Shown here one piece after another: positions 24,763-33,847 of a DNA stretch of 43,281 nucleotides. Where the stretch lies: IMG/VR virus record IMGVR_UViG_3300028585_000009, positions 1 to 43,281 of that record; one strand, given 5' to 3'. The stretch is from a virus (taxonomy: Duplodnaviria; Caudoviricetes). Position 1 is the first letter of the stretch; each line of letters begins with the position of its first letter. Below the pieces are notes generated by a model that searched no databases, was not told where the DNA came from, and saw nothing but the letters and a program-made list of their open reading frames with translations. Position numbers and translations under genes: made by a program.

Positions 24763-24797
24763 CAAAAGATAACCCCCGCCTATGCGGGGTCTCTTTC
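24763..24797 (-). terminator. Probable terminator between tailspike and lysis genes
   Basis: ACCCCGC-atag-GCGGGGG followed by TTATCTTTT. Confidence 0.55.
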
Positions 24798-26970
24798 AGA
24801 ATGCAGAGAGCGTTGTGCGCCGGCTGGATGTAACGCCACTAACAGCAGCAGACTCAGGACCGGTACTGGTGACTATCCCCTGCACAAGAGATGCCCAGGT
24901 CGCTCCTGACTGGTTGGATATCCGGTATGGGCCCGCAGATCCTGGAGCGTCTATGTGTACATCCGATATTGCAAGACGACGATTAACCGCCTCGGAACCG
25001 TAATTCCTGATATTCAAAGGGAAAGCGCCAGGCAAGTCGGCTCCTTTTATTTTCATTCCTCGGATATTCATCAAACCGCCGAGGGTAGTGTTCGGCCCCC
25101 AAGTGATCGCATCAAAAACACCGCGCCCGGCAGGAACCGCAACTCGGCAATCAATTTCGTTATCAAGGAACTCAAAGTCACAACCCTTCGGTTCAGAACC
25201 GAAGAACCCATAACCAGCGGTTCCAGTTATCATTTTGTTCCCGCGGTAACGGTTTTTGTTACCACCAAACGTCGCGCCCCCAACGAGGGTACACCCCTCG
25301 TACGAGCTATTTTCCACGTTACCGTGGAAGTCAGCCGCGCCGTCTCCACCGCCTGTCTGCCTAGAAACTATGTAGGCCCCTTTAACATGACAATCTCTGG
25401 TAACAATAGAACCGACACCGGTTGCGCCGCCCATGGTTATACCGTGACGCTCACTTATAAAGGTGCCGCCATGCACTCTTACTCGCTGAGCGTTCGCAAT
25501 GCTCAACCCGTACTGCGTGCCAGCAAGAGTATTTTGCAGGGTAAGAGCCTCGCACCCGTACATGTCTACGTCGAGGCTTTGCCATACCCCGATTTGTGCA
25601 TAGTTCGCGCTTCGCGCGATCAGACCAGAAATAATGCTTCGGTTGAGGTTTTGCAGGCGAATACCACTGCCGCCCGTTATAGAGATATTCGGGCCGATGA
25701 TTTCAGTTCCTCCGAAATCGAACTCGCCTCGCAACGGGGCCATCTTGTAGACGGCAACAGAAGAAGCGGCATAGCTGTCATGTAGAGGACTCGCCAAGTA
25801 CACAGTAGCTCCGTCGACCCGAAGAACCGTCGCGTATTCCCCGGCATAGTAATCAGCCCGGAACGCAGACCAAGAGCTAGCCGCTGGGTTGAATATACAA
25901 ATTACATCGCCCGGAGAAAGTCCGGCTGGCGCGCTAGCCAGCGTGAATTGTGTTGCGTACTGGGGCACGTCGACAGATAGGTTCGGGAGAGTGCTGAACC
26001 CGCCACCCGTGACCAAAAGTCCACATGCCAAGGTGTCCGCAAAGCCCGAGGCTGGCGCCCCGGAAAAGTCAATAATCCCACCCTCGAACGTGACCGGCAC
26101 CTCAATCTTTACGCCGCCATTGAGCTGGTAGGTATCTTTAGGAACGAACAGCCTTTTCCCCCCAGCCTTGGCAGCCGCAGCGGCATTACGCAGGCCTGTC
26201 AACTGCTCGTCAGGACTGCGACCAGACCGAAGACCATACCAGCTAGCATCTATGTGGTTACGGATAAGAAGCTGAAGTACAGCATCAGAAACCTTTACCG
26301 GCTGCCCCGATCCATCTTCAAGAACTGCGTCAGCGCTAATCGTTTCGATGTCTTGATTGATTTCATCAAGCGCATCGCGAACGGTACCCCCGTTGTACCC
26401 AACCTGCCCGGCCCCCTTCGATGGGTCCGTTTGATTAGCCAAGTCCAATGCCAACGATGTCGAGCTTCCGTCAGCTGGCGCTACAACAACTGGGTTCCCA
26501 TCCGAATCGAAAGATAACAGGCGATTGGCGCGCTCTTCTGCTCTGGGCATTGGATTCATAACCTCCGGGAATGGCGCGCGCAATGAGCTATCAAGCGTCC
26601 TGAGCTCCGTACTCAACTGCTGTACGAGCATTGTCAAATAATCAAAAGCACTCTCATGAACTTCCGGGAAGAACTTGCCCTGATTGATAAAACTAACGTC
26701 CTGTACTGGCCGAAGAATGCGGGCGGCGTAAAGTGTGAAGCCCACAGGTAGTGGCCCAGCAATAAGCGTCACCGATCCTCCGCTCGCATTCCCTGCTCCC
26801 GATACGGAATAATCGGCCCCAAGTGTAAGACCAGTAGAAACGCCAGTGCTGGTATTGGTAATTATAAGATTTAAGTCGCTGTCTTCAAAAAAACGAAACG
26901 TTAGAGGGAAGTTTGTGGAGACTCCATTTCCTATAAAGGTCTGGTCGCTGGCTTCGGTATTTACCGTCAT
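24796..26970 (-). CDS. Tailspike with T7 gp17-like anchor and beta-helix domain
   Basis: GNGVSTNFPLTF...FFPEVHESAFDYLTMLVQQ anchor; G/N/S-rich parallel beta-helix repeats; visibly lower GC. Confidence 0.85.
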   Translation of the reverse strand: MTVNTEASDQTFIGNGVSTNFPLTFRFFEDSDLNLIITNTSTGVSTGLTLGADYSVSGAGNASGGSVTLIAGPLPVGFTLYAARILRPVQDVSFINQGKFFPEVHESAFDYLTMLVQQLSTELRTLDSSLRAPFPEVMNPMPRAEERANRLLSFDSDGNPVVVAPADGSSTSLALDLANQTDPSKGAGQVGYNGGTVRDALDEINQDIETISADAVLEDGSGQPVKVSDAVLQLLIRNHIDASWYGLRSGRSPDEQLTGLRNAAAAAKAGGKRLFVPKDTYQLNGGVKIEVPVTFEGGIIDFSGAPASGFADTLACGLLVTGGGFSTLPNLSVDVPQYATQFTLASAPAGLSPGDVICIFNPAASSWSAFRADYYAGEYATVLRVDGATVYLASPLHDSYAASSVAVYKMAPLRGEFDFGGTEIIGPNISITGGSGIRLQNLNRSIISGLIARSANYAQIGVWQSLDVDMYGCEALTLQNTLAGTQYGLSIANAQRVRVHGGTFISERHGITMGGATGVGSIVTRDCHVKGAYIVSRQTGGGDGAADFHGNVENSSYEGCTLVGGATFGGNKNRYRGNKMITGTAGYGFFGSEPKGCDFEFLDNEIDCRVAVPAGRGVFDAITWGPNTTLGGLMNIRGMKIKGADLPGAFPLNIRNYGSEAVNRRLAISDVHIDAPGSAGPYRISNQSGATWASLVQGIVTSTGPESAAVSGVTSSRRTTLSAF

Positions 26971-26992
26971 GTCATCTGCTCACTGTGGTTGA

Positions 26993-29900
26993 TCAGTCTT
27001 TTGGCGGGCCAAACATGATGCCCCGCATGAATTCTAGCGCGTTGTCATCATCCCTCTCGCCGGCCGCTACGTCGAACAGATAACGAAGTGTTCGCTTCGG
27101 CTGCGCAGATGGGATGCCGAACCCGTAACCGGCGGCGTCGAGCAGTGTCATCGTGATGCGCTCGGCGTCGGGCTCTTCTGCTTTCACGTTGTCCGACAGC
27201 CTCACGATCGTTTCGCCCAGGGCGCCAATCGGGGTGGCGCCGCGGTAGCCCCAGCCGCTTTCGATTGCCCCGGCAACGTCACGCGCAAGCGGTATGCCCA
27301 TCAGCGGATAGGTCACGATCTTGAGCATGGCCCATTCGCTCCACTCGTCATCCTCGCCAGGGCCTTGACCAACCAGCAGCGGGGCGACAACAGCCGGCAA
27401 GGCGATCAGGAAGATCGTGCGCTCGAAGGCCTGCAGGTAATCGCTCACCGACTGCGCAGATTGCAGACTGCGCTTGATGTCCGTCTGCCGGTTGTACAGC
27501 AGGTTGAAGTAGCTGTAGACGATCGTGAGCGCTTTCATCAGCCCGTCCTTACGCTGTACAGCGGCCAGGTCTTTTGGGCCTGCCGCCATCTGCGAAAGGC
27601 GAACAGCCCGGTCGCCTGCCTGGATGGCCAGATCGGCGTCAACGCCCTGAGCCATGGCCTGATGGTAGCCAGCCATCCACGTCGGATAGTCGACCATCGC
27701 CTGGATGATGCTGATGTGCTTGAACGCCAGGCGCTGGACAGCCGGCAGAACGCCGACCTTCCCGCTGATCCGGCGCATCACGTCGCGCATGTTGTTATCC
27801 AGGTTGGTGTCACGGTTGCGCATCTCGCCAGAAAGTTCACGCACGAACTGGATTGTGCGCAGCGGATGGGTCACAAACTCACGCATGCCCTGCAGCATGT
27901 AGCGCCGGCCGCCCTTCTGGCTCATGAACTCGAACGACTGCGACATGCCCATGATCTGCTGGATACCGGTGCTCGCGCTGAAACCCATCCAGGCCACTGA
28001 CAGGTTGGCACGCAGCTGACCCATCAGCTTGGTCCAGGCGTCGATACCCTTCTGGCTATCCATCACCATGTCGTTCGCGATGCCCTGCAGCCACGGGTTG
28101 AACTGGTTCGCCAGCGGCTCGCCCAGAACATCGTTCAGCGTCTGCTTGACCTCTCGGTTGCTGATGATCTTGGCCGCGTCACGGATGGCGCGACGATGGG
28201 TCAGGTCGTGGATCACCTGCCCCAAGTGACTGGTCACGATGCCAGTGTCGAGGATGATCGGTGCGGCGAACGAATCCACGCGCGCCTTCGTGTGCCCCTT
28301 TGGCGTCGTCGCCTTGGCGTAGCCCTGTTCGAACAGCCCGGTATTATCGGTCAGCTGGTTGGCCACGCCGGCATAGGCCGCGGCACTGGTGTCGTACACA
28401 AGCGGCCAGTAACCGCCGCTGAACTCCCCGTGTTGGGTCAGCACCGGCGTTGCCTCTACCTTCGCCGGCGGGATGCCGTGCATGTCCTTTTCCAGCTGCT
28501 CGATCTGTGGCCATAGGCGTTCAACCAAGTCCCACAGCGATTGCGCGAACTCCCAGTCGGAGCGGTTCATGTTGGACAGGATCGCAGCCAGCTGGCCCTC
28601 GTCCCAGCCGTATCCCTTGAGCAGCTTGTCGCGGTTGCTGGCGTTACCGGTGTTCAGCGCCGCGCTTATGATCGCGTTGCGCGTCAGCGACTGTCCGATC
28701 TCTGGGATAAATATCTGCTCATGCATGGCTTTCTGCCCGCGCTGGCGGGTGTACTCGTCGACCATCCGTGTCATCTCGATCGTGAAATCACGGTTGAGAT
28801 CGTCCTTCGCGACCTGGGCCTCAACGAACGGCTGCCAGATCGTTTGCCGCCAAGGCCCGTCAATCTCTCCGCCGTCCAGCCATTCAACTACCTGCTCCAT
28901 CTTCAGCAGGCTGGCCGACATCTCGTCAGCCCAGTTGTTGGTGCGCGCCAGCAGACCCATCGTGGTTTTGTCGATCGGCAACGGCTTGCGCTTGTCCAGG
29001 TTGGCGCGAGCGGTTGCGACCAGAATGTTCTTCGCTTCTTCGAAGTCACGCAGGCGCTGGTTGGCCAGCAGTTTGTTCTTGAGCCCGGCCAGGTGGTTGA
29101 CGTTCTCGACGAACTCGTAAAGCTCAGTCATCTGCTCGAGCGACAGATCCTTGTAGTTCACACGGCGCGATGTGTTGAGAATGAATTCAGGGACCATCGG
29201 CTCGTTCCCGAGCTCAAGCTGTTTCTGGTACCACTCAGCGAACGACACCCGCTTATCCAGTTCGCGCAGGCTTACCGTGCGGAACTCGTACTGCTCCATT
29301 ACGGCATCGATCTGGTCCAGGTAGTCATGCCCGGCCTTGCCCAGTTTCTCGCGTTTCGTGGTGCGGTTGTAGCTGTACAGGCGTTCGCTCATTTTCTCGA
29401 CCTGCTCCCGCGCCTTGCGGGCCTCGCGCCACAGGTAGAAGTTGAGCAGCTGAGCCTGTTTCTGCTGGAACGCTGTATCCAGATCGCCGCGACTGGCTGC
29501 CTCGAACGCCAGGCGCCCGGCTGTGGCTTCGGCACGCTGATACTCGAAGGGCTGGATCTCGCGCAGTTTCCGCTGCTGCATGATCCTTTCGGCGGCCTGG
29601 CGCATGACCTGCTGGCTGGTCATGTTGTTGCGGTTGCCACGCTTACCCAAGGCGCTCAGCTCTTTGATCAGCACCGCGGCACGCTTCTCGTTGTGCACGG
29701 CAGCCATTGCCGCTTCTGCCGACTCGCCACTGGCACGCGGCCCATGACGATCAAGCATCCGCTGATCTGTCTCGATGCGCAGCGCTTCAGCCCGGCTTGG
29801 CGTAGCCAGGATGGCTTTGATCATCTCGTCGCCGGAGTTGTAGCCCAGCACCTCGGCGGCGATGTCCATCTGCGTGCCGCCCTTCTTGGCGTGCATGAAT

Positions 29901-32900
29901 GGCAGGCGGCGCAGCACCGTGAAGCCGTAGCGCTCACGTATCTCGCTGCTGTCGAGCTTGATATCCATCCGGGTGCCGTCCGGCATATCACCGGAGCGCA
30001 GCGCCTTGATCGCGGCGTACTCGCGCACCGTGTCCAGTTCCTCGGCTACCTCCTGACGAACCTTGGCCATTTCCTCGCGCCACCACTTCCCGCGGCGGCG
30101 CTCCTCTTCGCGGATAATCTGCTGCTCGACACTGGTTGCCGCCTCGGCGTGCGCCAGTTCGACGCTTTCCTGGTACCGGCGAAACTCAGCATCGGTCATG
30201 CCGGCAGCGGCAGCGCTTTCGAACAGGGGCATCGCCTGGGTCACGCGCTCCGCATCGCGGATCTGTTCGTCAGTGGCGACGATGCGGTCCATTACGCTGC
30301 GGATCTCGTCGGTCAGTTCCACGTTGAGGCGTGTCAGGTCTTTGTAGATGGCGATCATCCAGCGCTTGAACCGCGAGAAAGCGCCCTGCAGTTCTGCGTT
30401 GGGCGCCTTGCCTTCGGCCAGGTAGCGCTCGAAGCCGCGGGCAAAAGTTTCGTGCTGCTCGATCTCGAATGGGCCGGTTTCTTTCGCGCCGGTCCACTTG
30501 CGGATTGCCACCACGTCAGCAGCCAGTTGCGGGCTTGCATCGGCATCAGCAGCCAGGTCGGTGATCACTTCCAGATAGTAGTGCCCGAACTCATGCAGCA
30601 GCGTCGACAGGTCACGCCGGCCGCCGAGGGTTATCTGGAAGTCACGCTGCCCGCTGGTGCTGAAATTGATCGAGCCGCGAACGCCGCTGTCGTCGCCCTG
30701 ATTAAGCGCCGGCAGCCGGTACATCGATTCGCTGATCTCGTAATCTTTCGTCCGTCCCTTGTTTTCAACGAACCCGAATCTTTTATAGAAACCGCCAAGC
30801 CTTGCTTTCGACCCGCCGAAATCAGCAGAGGGCGTGAGGGCAAGCGTCTTCCGGCTCTGATCTGCCCATTCTAGAAGGTCAGCCATTACGGCACTTCCCA
30901 CGCCAGACTCGCGTGCATCCTCTGGGACAACTATTCGAGACAGCGTTACAACGTCGCCACGCCCCGCCAGGTCAAGTTTCAACCCTGGGTGCTTGTTCCT
31001 CAGTCGTTCAGAAATATCCTGAGCGCTTACCGGGGATTGATTTAGAGAACGACTAGCAGGGTAATAGACAAACTCCGTCGAATCATTCCCCATAAGCAGA
31101 TCACGAACGGGGACCCGCTGCTCGATGATTCGGGCACTGTCACCGTCTCGGTCGATAACGTTCTCAAGCTCCATTTCCGCTACAGCTCGATCGACGCCAA
31201 CAAAGTCATCAGGGCGGATGCTGTCGCCAATTGTTGCGCGGTAGATCGTGACCACGTCGTCGGCAGTTTTCACCCGCCGCAACGCAGGGTTGTTCTGCCT
31301 CAGACGCTCCCAAGATGGGCCAGACATTGACAGGTTGCTAAGCCGATTGTCCTCGCTGAATCGAGAGGACTGGTTGAGCGATCGATCAGCCGCCTGTTCT
31401 GGCGCAGCACTGCGCAGCATCGCCAGCACTTCGTCGTCGGTGAGCGTGGTCAGATCAACGTCCATCTGGTCCAGATAGCCCTGCAGCTCTTCCAGGGCGA
31501 CGGCCTGATCGCGGAGCGTGGCGTTCTCCTGCTCCACGCTGAATCGAGGAATGTCGTTCAGGTCGTCGCGGATAGCATCAATGATCAGCTGCGGGCCGAC
31601 ATCCTCACGCGCCACACCCGGGAAATAGCCGCGCTCCCATGCCGCCATCGCCGCTTCGTCGAGTGATCGTCCATCAGAACGCGCCAGCCGGTTGCGGCCG
31701 ACCTTGCCCACGTCAGCATCAAGCGCCGCCAGTTCGCCGCCGTCATCCAACAGGCCACCGCTGTCGCGCAGGTACTGAGCCAGGGACACGCCGAACATGT
31801 CGCGACTCTGTGGCACGTCACCGGCGCGCAGCCGCTGGATAGCCAGGCGCATGTCGTCAACCGGGATCTGTCGCACCGAATCCGGCGGGGTGTTGCGCAC
31901 GGACAGCGGGAACCGCTCGAGCAGTTCGCCCAGCGGCTTGCCGGTGCGCTGCGCCAGCGTGGACATTGCCGATAGGTGGGTGGCCACGTATTGCTCGGCG
32001 TCCTGCCGGCGGAACCCGGACTGCTGCAGCTCACCCATCATCTGGATATAGGCCGCATCCCGCTCGTTCGGCTCACGCACCATCGATTCCACTAGCGCTT
32101 CCATCTCGCTGGCCTGCTCAGCCTGCCAGGTGGAAACATCATCGAGGCTCATGCTTTCGCTGCCCACGCGCACGGCGCCAGCGAGCTGTTCGTGGTACTG
32201 CGCGAAGTGGGCCAGGTAATCGGCGGTCGGCATCATCACGTCACCGCCGCGGGCCTCAGCCTCAGCCAGCTGTTCGGTCATGCCAGGGATGGCGTCGAGT
32301 ATCTGCTGTAGCGGCGCAGCAGCGGACTGGTTGAGCCCCAGCAACGCCTTGGCAGGGATGCTGATCATCTCGAGCGCGGAATCTTTCAGCTGCTGCGAGG
32401 TGAGCTGCTGGTATGAATCAACATCGCGCCCACGCAGTTTGCTGTTGAGCGCAGAGTCGACCATCTCGCCCAAGGCATTTGCACCGGCACGGGCTCGACG
32501 GGAATCAGCCAGCCCCTGCTGAACATTCGACATCAGGCGGTCACCGCTGAACACGGCCACATCCAGCGACGACATGGCAGAGCCGGATATCGCCTCGAGC
32601 AGCACCTCGCCCCAGTCCACTTCGCCATCAGCCAGCGCCTGGCCGGCGGCTTCACCGGCGCCTTCAGTGATGCCCTGTACGGGGAATTGAACAGCCAGGT
32701 TGGCCAGCTCGCGCTGCGTACCGGTCAGCGCACGGCCGCCAATAGCGGTCGGCACCAGCAAGCGCCCAGCCAGGCCCATGCTGAGCACGTCGACGGCGGT
32801 AGTACCCAAGGCCTTCAGGTTGGCGCGCTTCTCGGCCTCGAGCATCAGGTCGTCGTTCTGCAGAGCCTCAAGGATCGATGTCGGATTCGTCAGATCGACG

Positions 32901-33847
32901 CCAGCCTCGCGCAGCACGTCGATGCGCTTATAGCCCTTCTCCGCATTGAACCCGACCGCGGCAGCGCCAGGCAGGCCGGCCACCAGTGCGCCGCCCAGCA
33001 TCTCGACAGTGTTCGGCGCTGACTCCGCGGTGACACGCCAGATATAGGCCGGGTCTTCGCTGATAGCCTCAGCCGTCGCTGCCAGGCCTCCACCGAGTTC
33101 TTCGGTTCGCAGGGCGCCGGAGTCAACCGGCAGCTGCTGAATGTTCTGCTCGCGCTGCGCCACGTTCTCGATCGATACGTCTTTTCCGCCGATCAACTGC
33201 TGCCGCATCAGCGCACGTTCTTCTGGCGTGCCACGCAGGTATTGCAGGCCATAGGCGCCCAGGCCTTCGCGCTCCTGTCGTGTCGGGAATGGCACCTCGC
33301 CGGCCGCTTCCGCCGCGTCCACTGCGTCAAAGTTGGCGATCTGCTGGTCGTTGAGCATCACCTGGCCGAACGAGCTGCGCTGGCTGCGCGACTCCCACCA
33401 GCGGGCCGCCGGCGTGAACAGGTTGCGCTCTGCCCAGCCCTGTTCCTCGAACCGGGTCTGCTGCGCCGCACGCTCGACGCGGGACAGGTTGTCGATATCG
33501 TCCTGGGCCAGTGCCGCCATGCGCCCGTCAGACAGCGCGCGCGCCGTCTTGGCATAGCTGTCGTAGAGGGCGCCGTACTTGTTCCCCTCGAGCAGTCGGT
33601 CCATGTCCTCGCGGTGCTTGTAGAGCACGTCAGCCGACACGCCGCTGTAGCGCTCAACCTGCACGGCCTTGGCGAACTGGTCAGGGTTTACCGGGCGAAC
33701 AGTCTGCAGCGTGGCCGTGAAGTCCTGGCGCTGGCGGTCCTGGGTCTGCCGGATGGCATCGGTCAGCACGCTGGTGTTCCCAGGCGCGGTGCTTTCCGGG
33801 CTTGGCGCGTCCTGCAGCGGCAGGAGCATGTCAGGGATATCGGCCAT
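26993..33847 (-). CDS. Large internal virion (DNA ejection) protein with polyvalent domains
   Basis: 2284 aa in the T7 gp16 position; ART-like, GNAT and HEFGH zincin modules. Confidence 0.85.
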   Translation of the reverse strand: MADIPDMLLPLQDAPSPESTAPGNTSVLTDAIRQTQDRQRQDFTATLQTVRPVNPDQFAKAVQVERYSGVSADVLYKHREDMDRLLEGNKYGALYDSYAKTARALSDGRMAALAQDDIDNLSRVERAAQQTRFEEQGWAERNLFTPAARWWESRSQRSSFGQVMLNDQQIANFDAVDAAEAAGEVPFPTRQEREGLGAYGLQYLRGTPEERALMRQQLIGGKDVSIENVAQREQNIQQLPVDSGALRTEELGGGLAATAEAISEDPAYIWRVTAESAPNTVEMLGGALVAGLPGAAAVGFNAEKGYKRIDVLREAGVDLTNPTSILEALQNDDLMLEAEKRANLKALGTTAVDVLSMGLAGRLLVPTAIGGRALTGTQRELANLAVQFPVQGITEGAGEAAGQALADGEVDWGEVLLEAISGSAMSSLDVAVFSGDRLMSNVQQGLADSRRARAGANALGEMVDSALNSKLRGRDVDSYQQLTSQQLKDSALEMISIPAKALLGLNQSAAAPLQQILDAIPGMTEQLAEAEARGGDVMMPTADYLAHFAQYHEQLAGAVRVGSESMSLDDVSTWQAEQASEMEALVESMVREPNERDAAYIQMMGELQQSGFRRQDAEQYVATHLSAMSTLAQRTGKPLGELLERFPLSVRNTPPDSVRQIPVDDMRLAIQRLRAGDVPQSRDMFGVSLAQYLRDSGGLLDDGGELAALDADVGKVGRNRLARSDGRSLDEAAMAAWERGYFPGVAREDVGPQLIIDAIRDDLNDIPRFSVEQENATLRDQAVALEELQGYLDQMDVDLTTLTDDEVLAMLRSAAPEQAADRSLNQSSRFSEDNRLSNLSMSGPSWERLRQNNPALRRVKTADDVVTIYRATIGDSIRPDDFVGVDRAVAEMELENVIDRDGDSARIIEQRVPVRDLLMGNDSTEFVYYPASRSLNQSPVSAQDISERLRNKHPGLKLDLAGRGDVVTLSRIVVPEDARESGVGSAVMADLLEWADQSRKTLALTPSADFGGSKARLGGFYKRFGFVENKGRTKDYEISESMYRLPALNQGDDSGVRGSINFSTSGQRDFQITLGGRRDLSTLLHEFGHYYLEVITDLAADADASPQLAADVVAIRKWTGAKETGPFEIEQHETFARGFERYLAEGKAPNAELQGAFSRFKRWMIAIYKDLTRLNVELTDEIRSVMDRIVATDEQIRDAERVTQAMPLFESAAAAGMTDAEFRRYQESVELAHAEAATSVEQQIIREEERRRGKWWREEMAKVRQEVAEELDTVREYAAIKALRSGDMPDGTRMDIKLDSSEIRERYGFTVLRRLPFMHAKKGGTQMDIAAEVLGYNSGDEMIKAILATPSRAEALRIETDQRMLDRHGPRASGESAEAAMAAVHNEKRAAVLIKELSALGKRGNRNNMTSQQVMRQAAERIMQQRKLREIQPFEYQRAEATAGRLAFEAASRGDLDTAFQQKQAQLLNFYLWREARKAREQVEKMSERLYSYNRTTKREKLGKAGHDYLDQIDAVMEQYEFRTVSLRELDKRVSFAEWYQKQLELGNEPMVPEFILNTSRRVNYKDLSLEQMTELYEFVENVNHLAGLKNKLLANQRLRDFEEAKNILVATARANLDKRKPLPIDKTTMGLLARTNNWADEMSASLLKMEQVVEWLDGGEIDGPWRQTIWQPFVEAQVAKDDLNRDFTIEMTRMVDEYTRQRGQKAMHEQIFIPEIGQSLTRNAIISAALNTGNASNRDKLLKGYGWDEGQLAAILSNMNRSDWEFAQSLWDLVERLWPQIEQLEKDMHGIPPAKVEATPVLTQHGEFSGGYWPLVYDTSAAAYAGVANQLTDNTGLFEQGYAKATTPKGHTKARVDSFAAPIILDTGIVTSHLGQVIHDLTHRRAIRDAAKIISNREVKQTLNDVLGEPLANQFNPWLQGIANDMVMDSQKGIDAWTKLMGQLRANLSVAWMGFSASTGIQQIMGMSQSFEFMSQKGGRRYMLQGMREFVTHPLRTIQFVRELSGEMRNRDTNLDNNMRDVMRRISGKVGVLPAVQRLAFKHISIIQAMVDYPTWMAGYHQAMAQGVDADLAIQAGDRAVRLSQMAAGPKDLAAVQRKDGLMKALTIVYSYFNLLYNRQTDIKRSLQSAQSVSDYLQAFERTIFLIALPAVVAPLLVGQGPGEDDEWSEWAMLKIVTYPLMGIPLARDVAGAIESGWGYRGATPIGALGETIVRLSDNVKAEEPDAERITMTLLDAAGYGFGIPSAQPKRTLRYLFDVAAGERDDDNALEFMRGIMFGPPKD

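Noticed and set aside
23519-26970. Diversity-generating retroelement as in BPP-1
   Set aside because: No reverse transcriptase motif, no avd-like gene and no template/variable repeat pair seen near the tail gene
28541-30874. Long antisense ORFs (also 2478..3821, 13466..15184, 24955..25785, 34105..35337, 40521..42083)
   Set aside because: They lie opposite clear genes, show no recognisable motifs and are expected from codon bias in high-GC DNA
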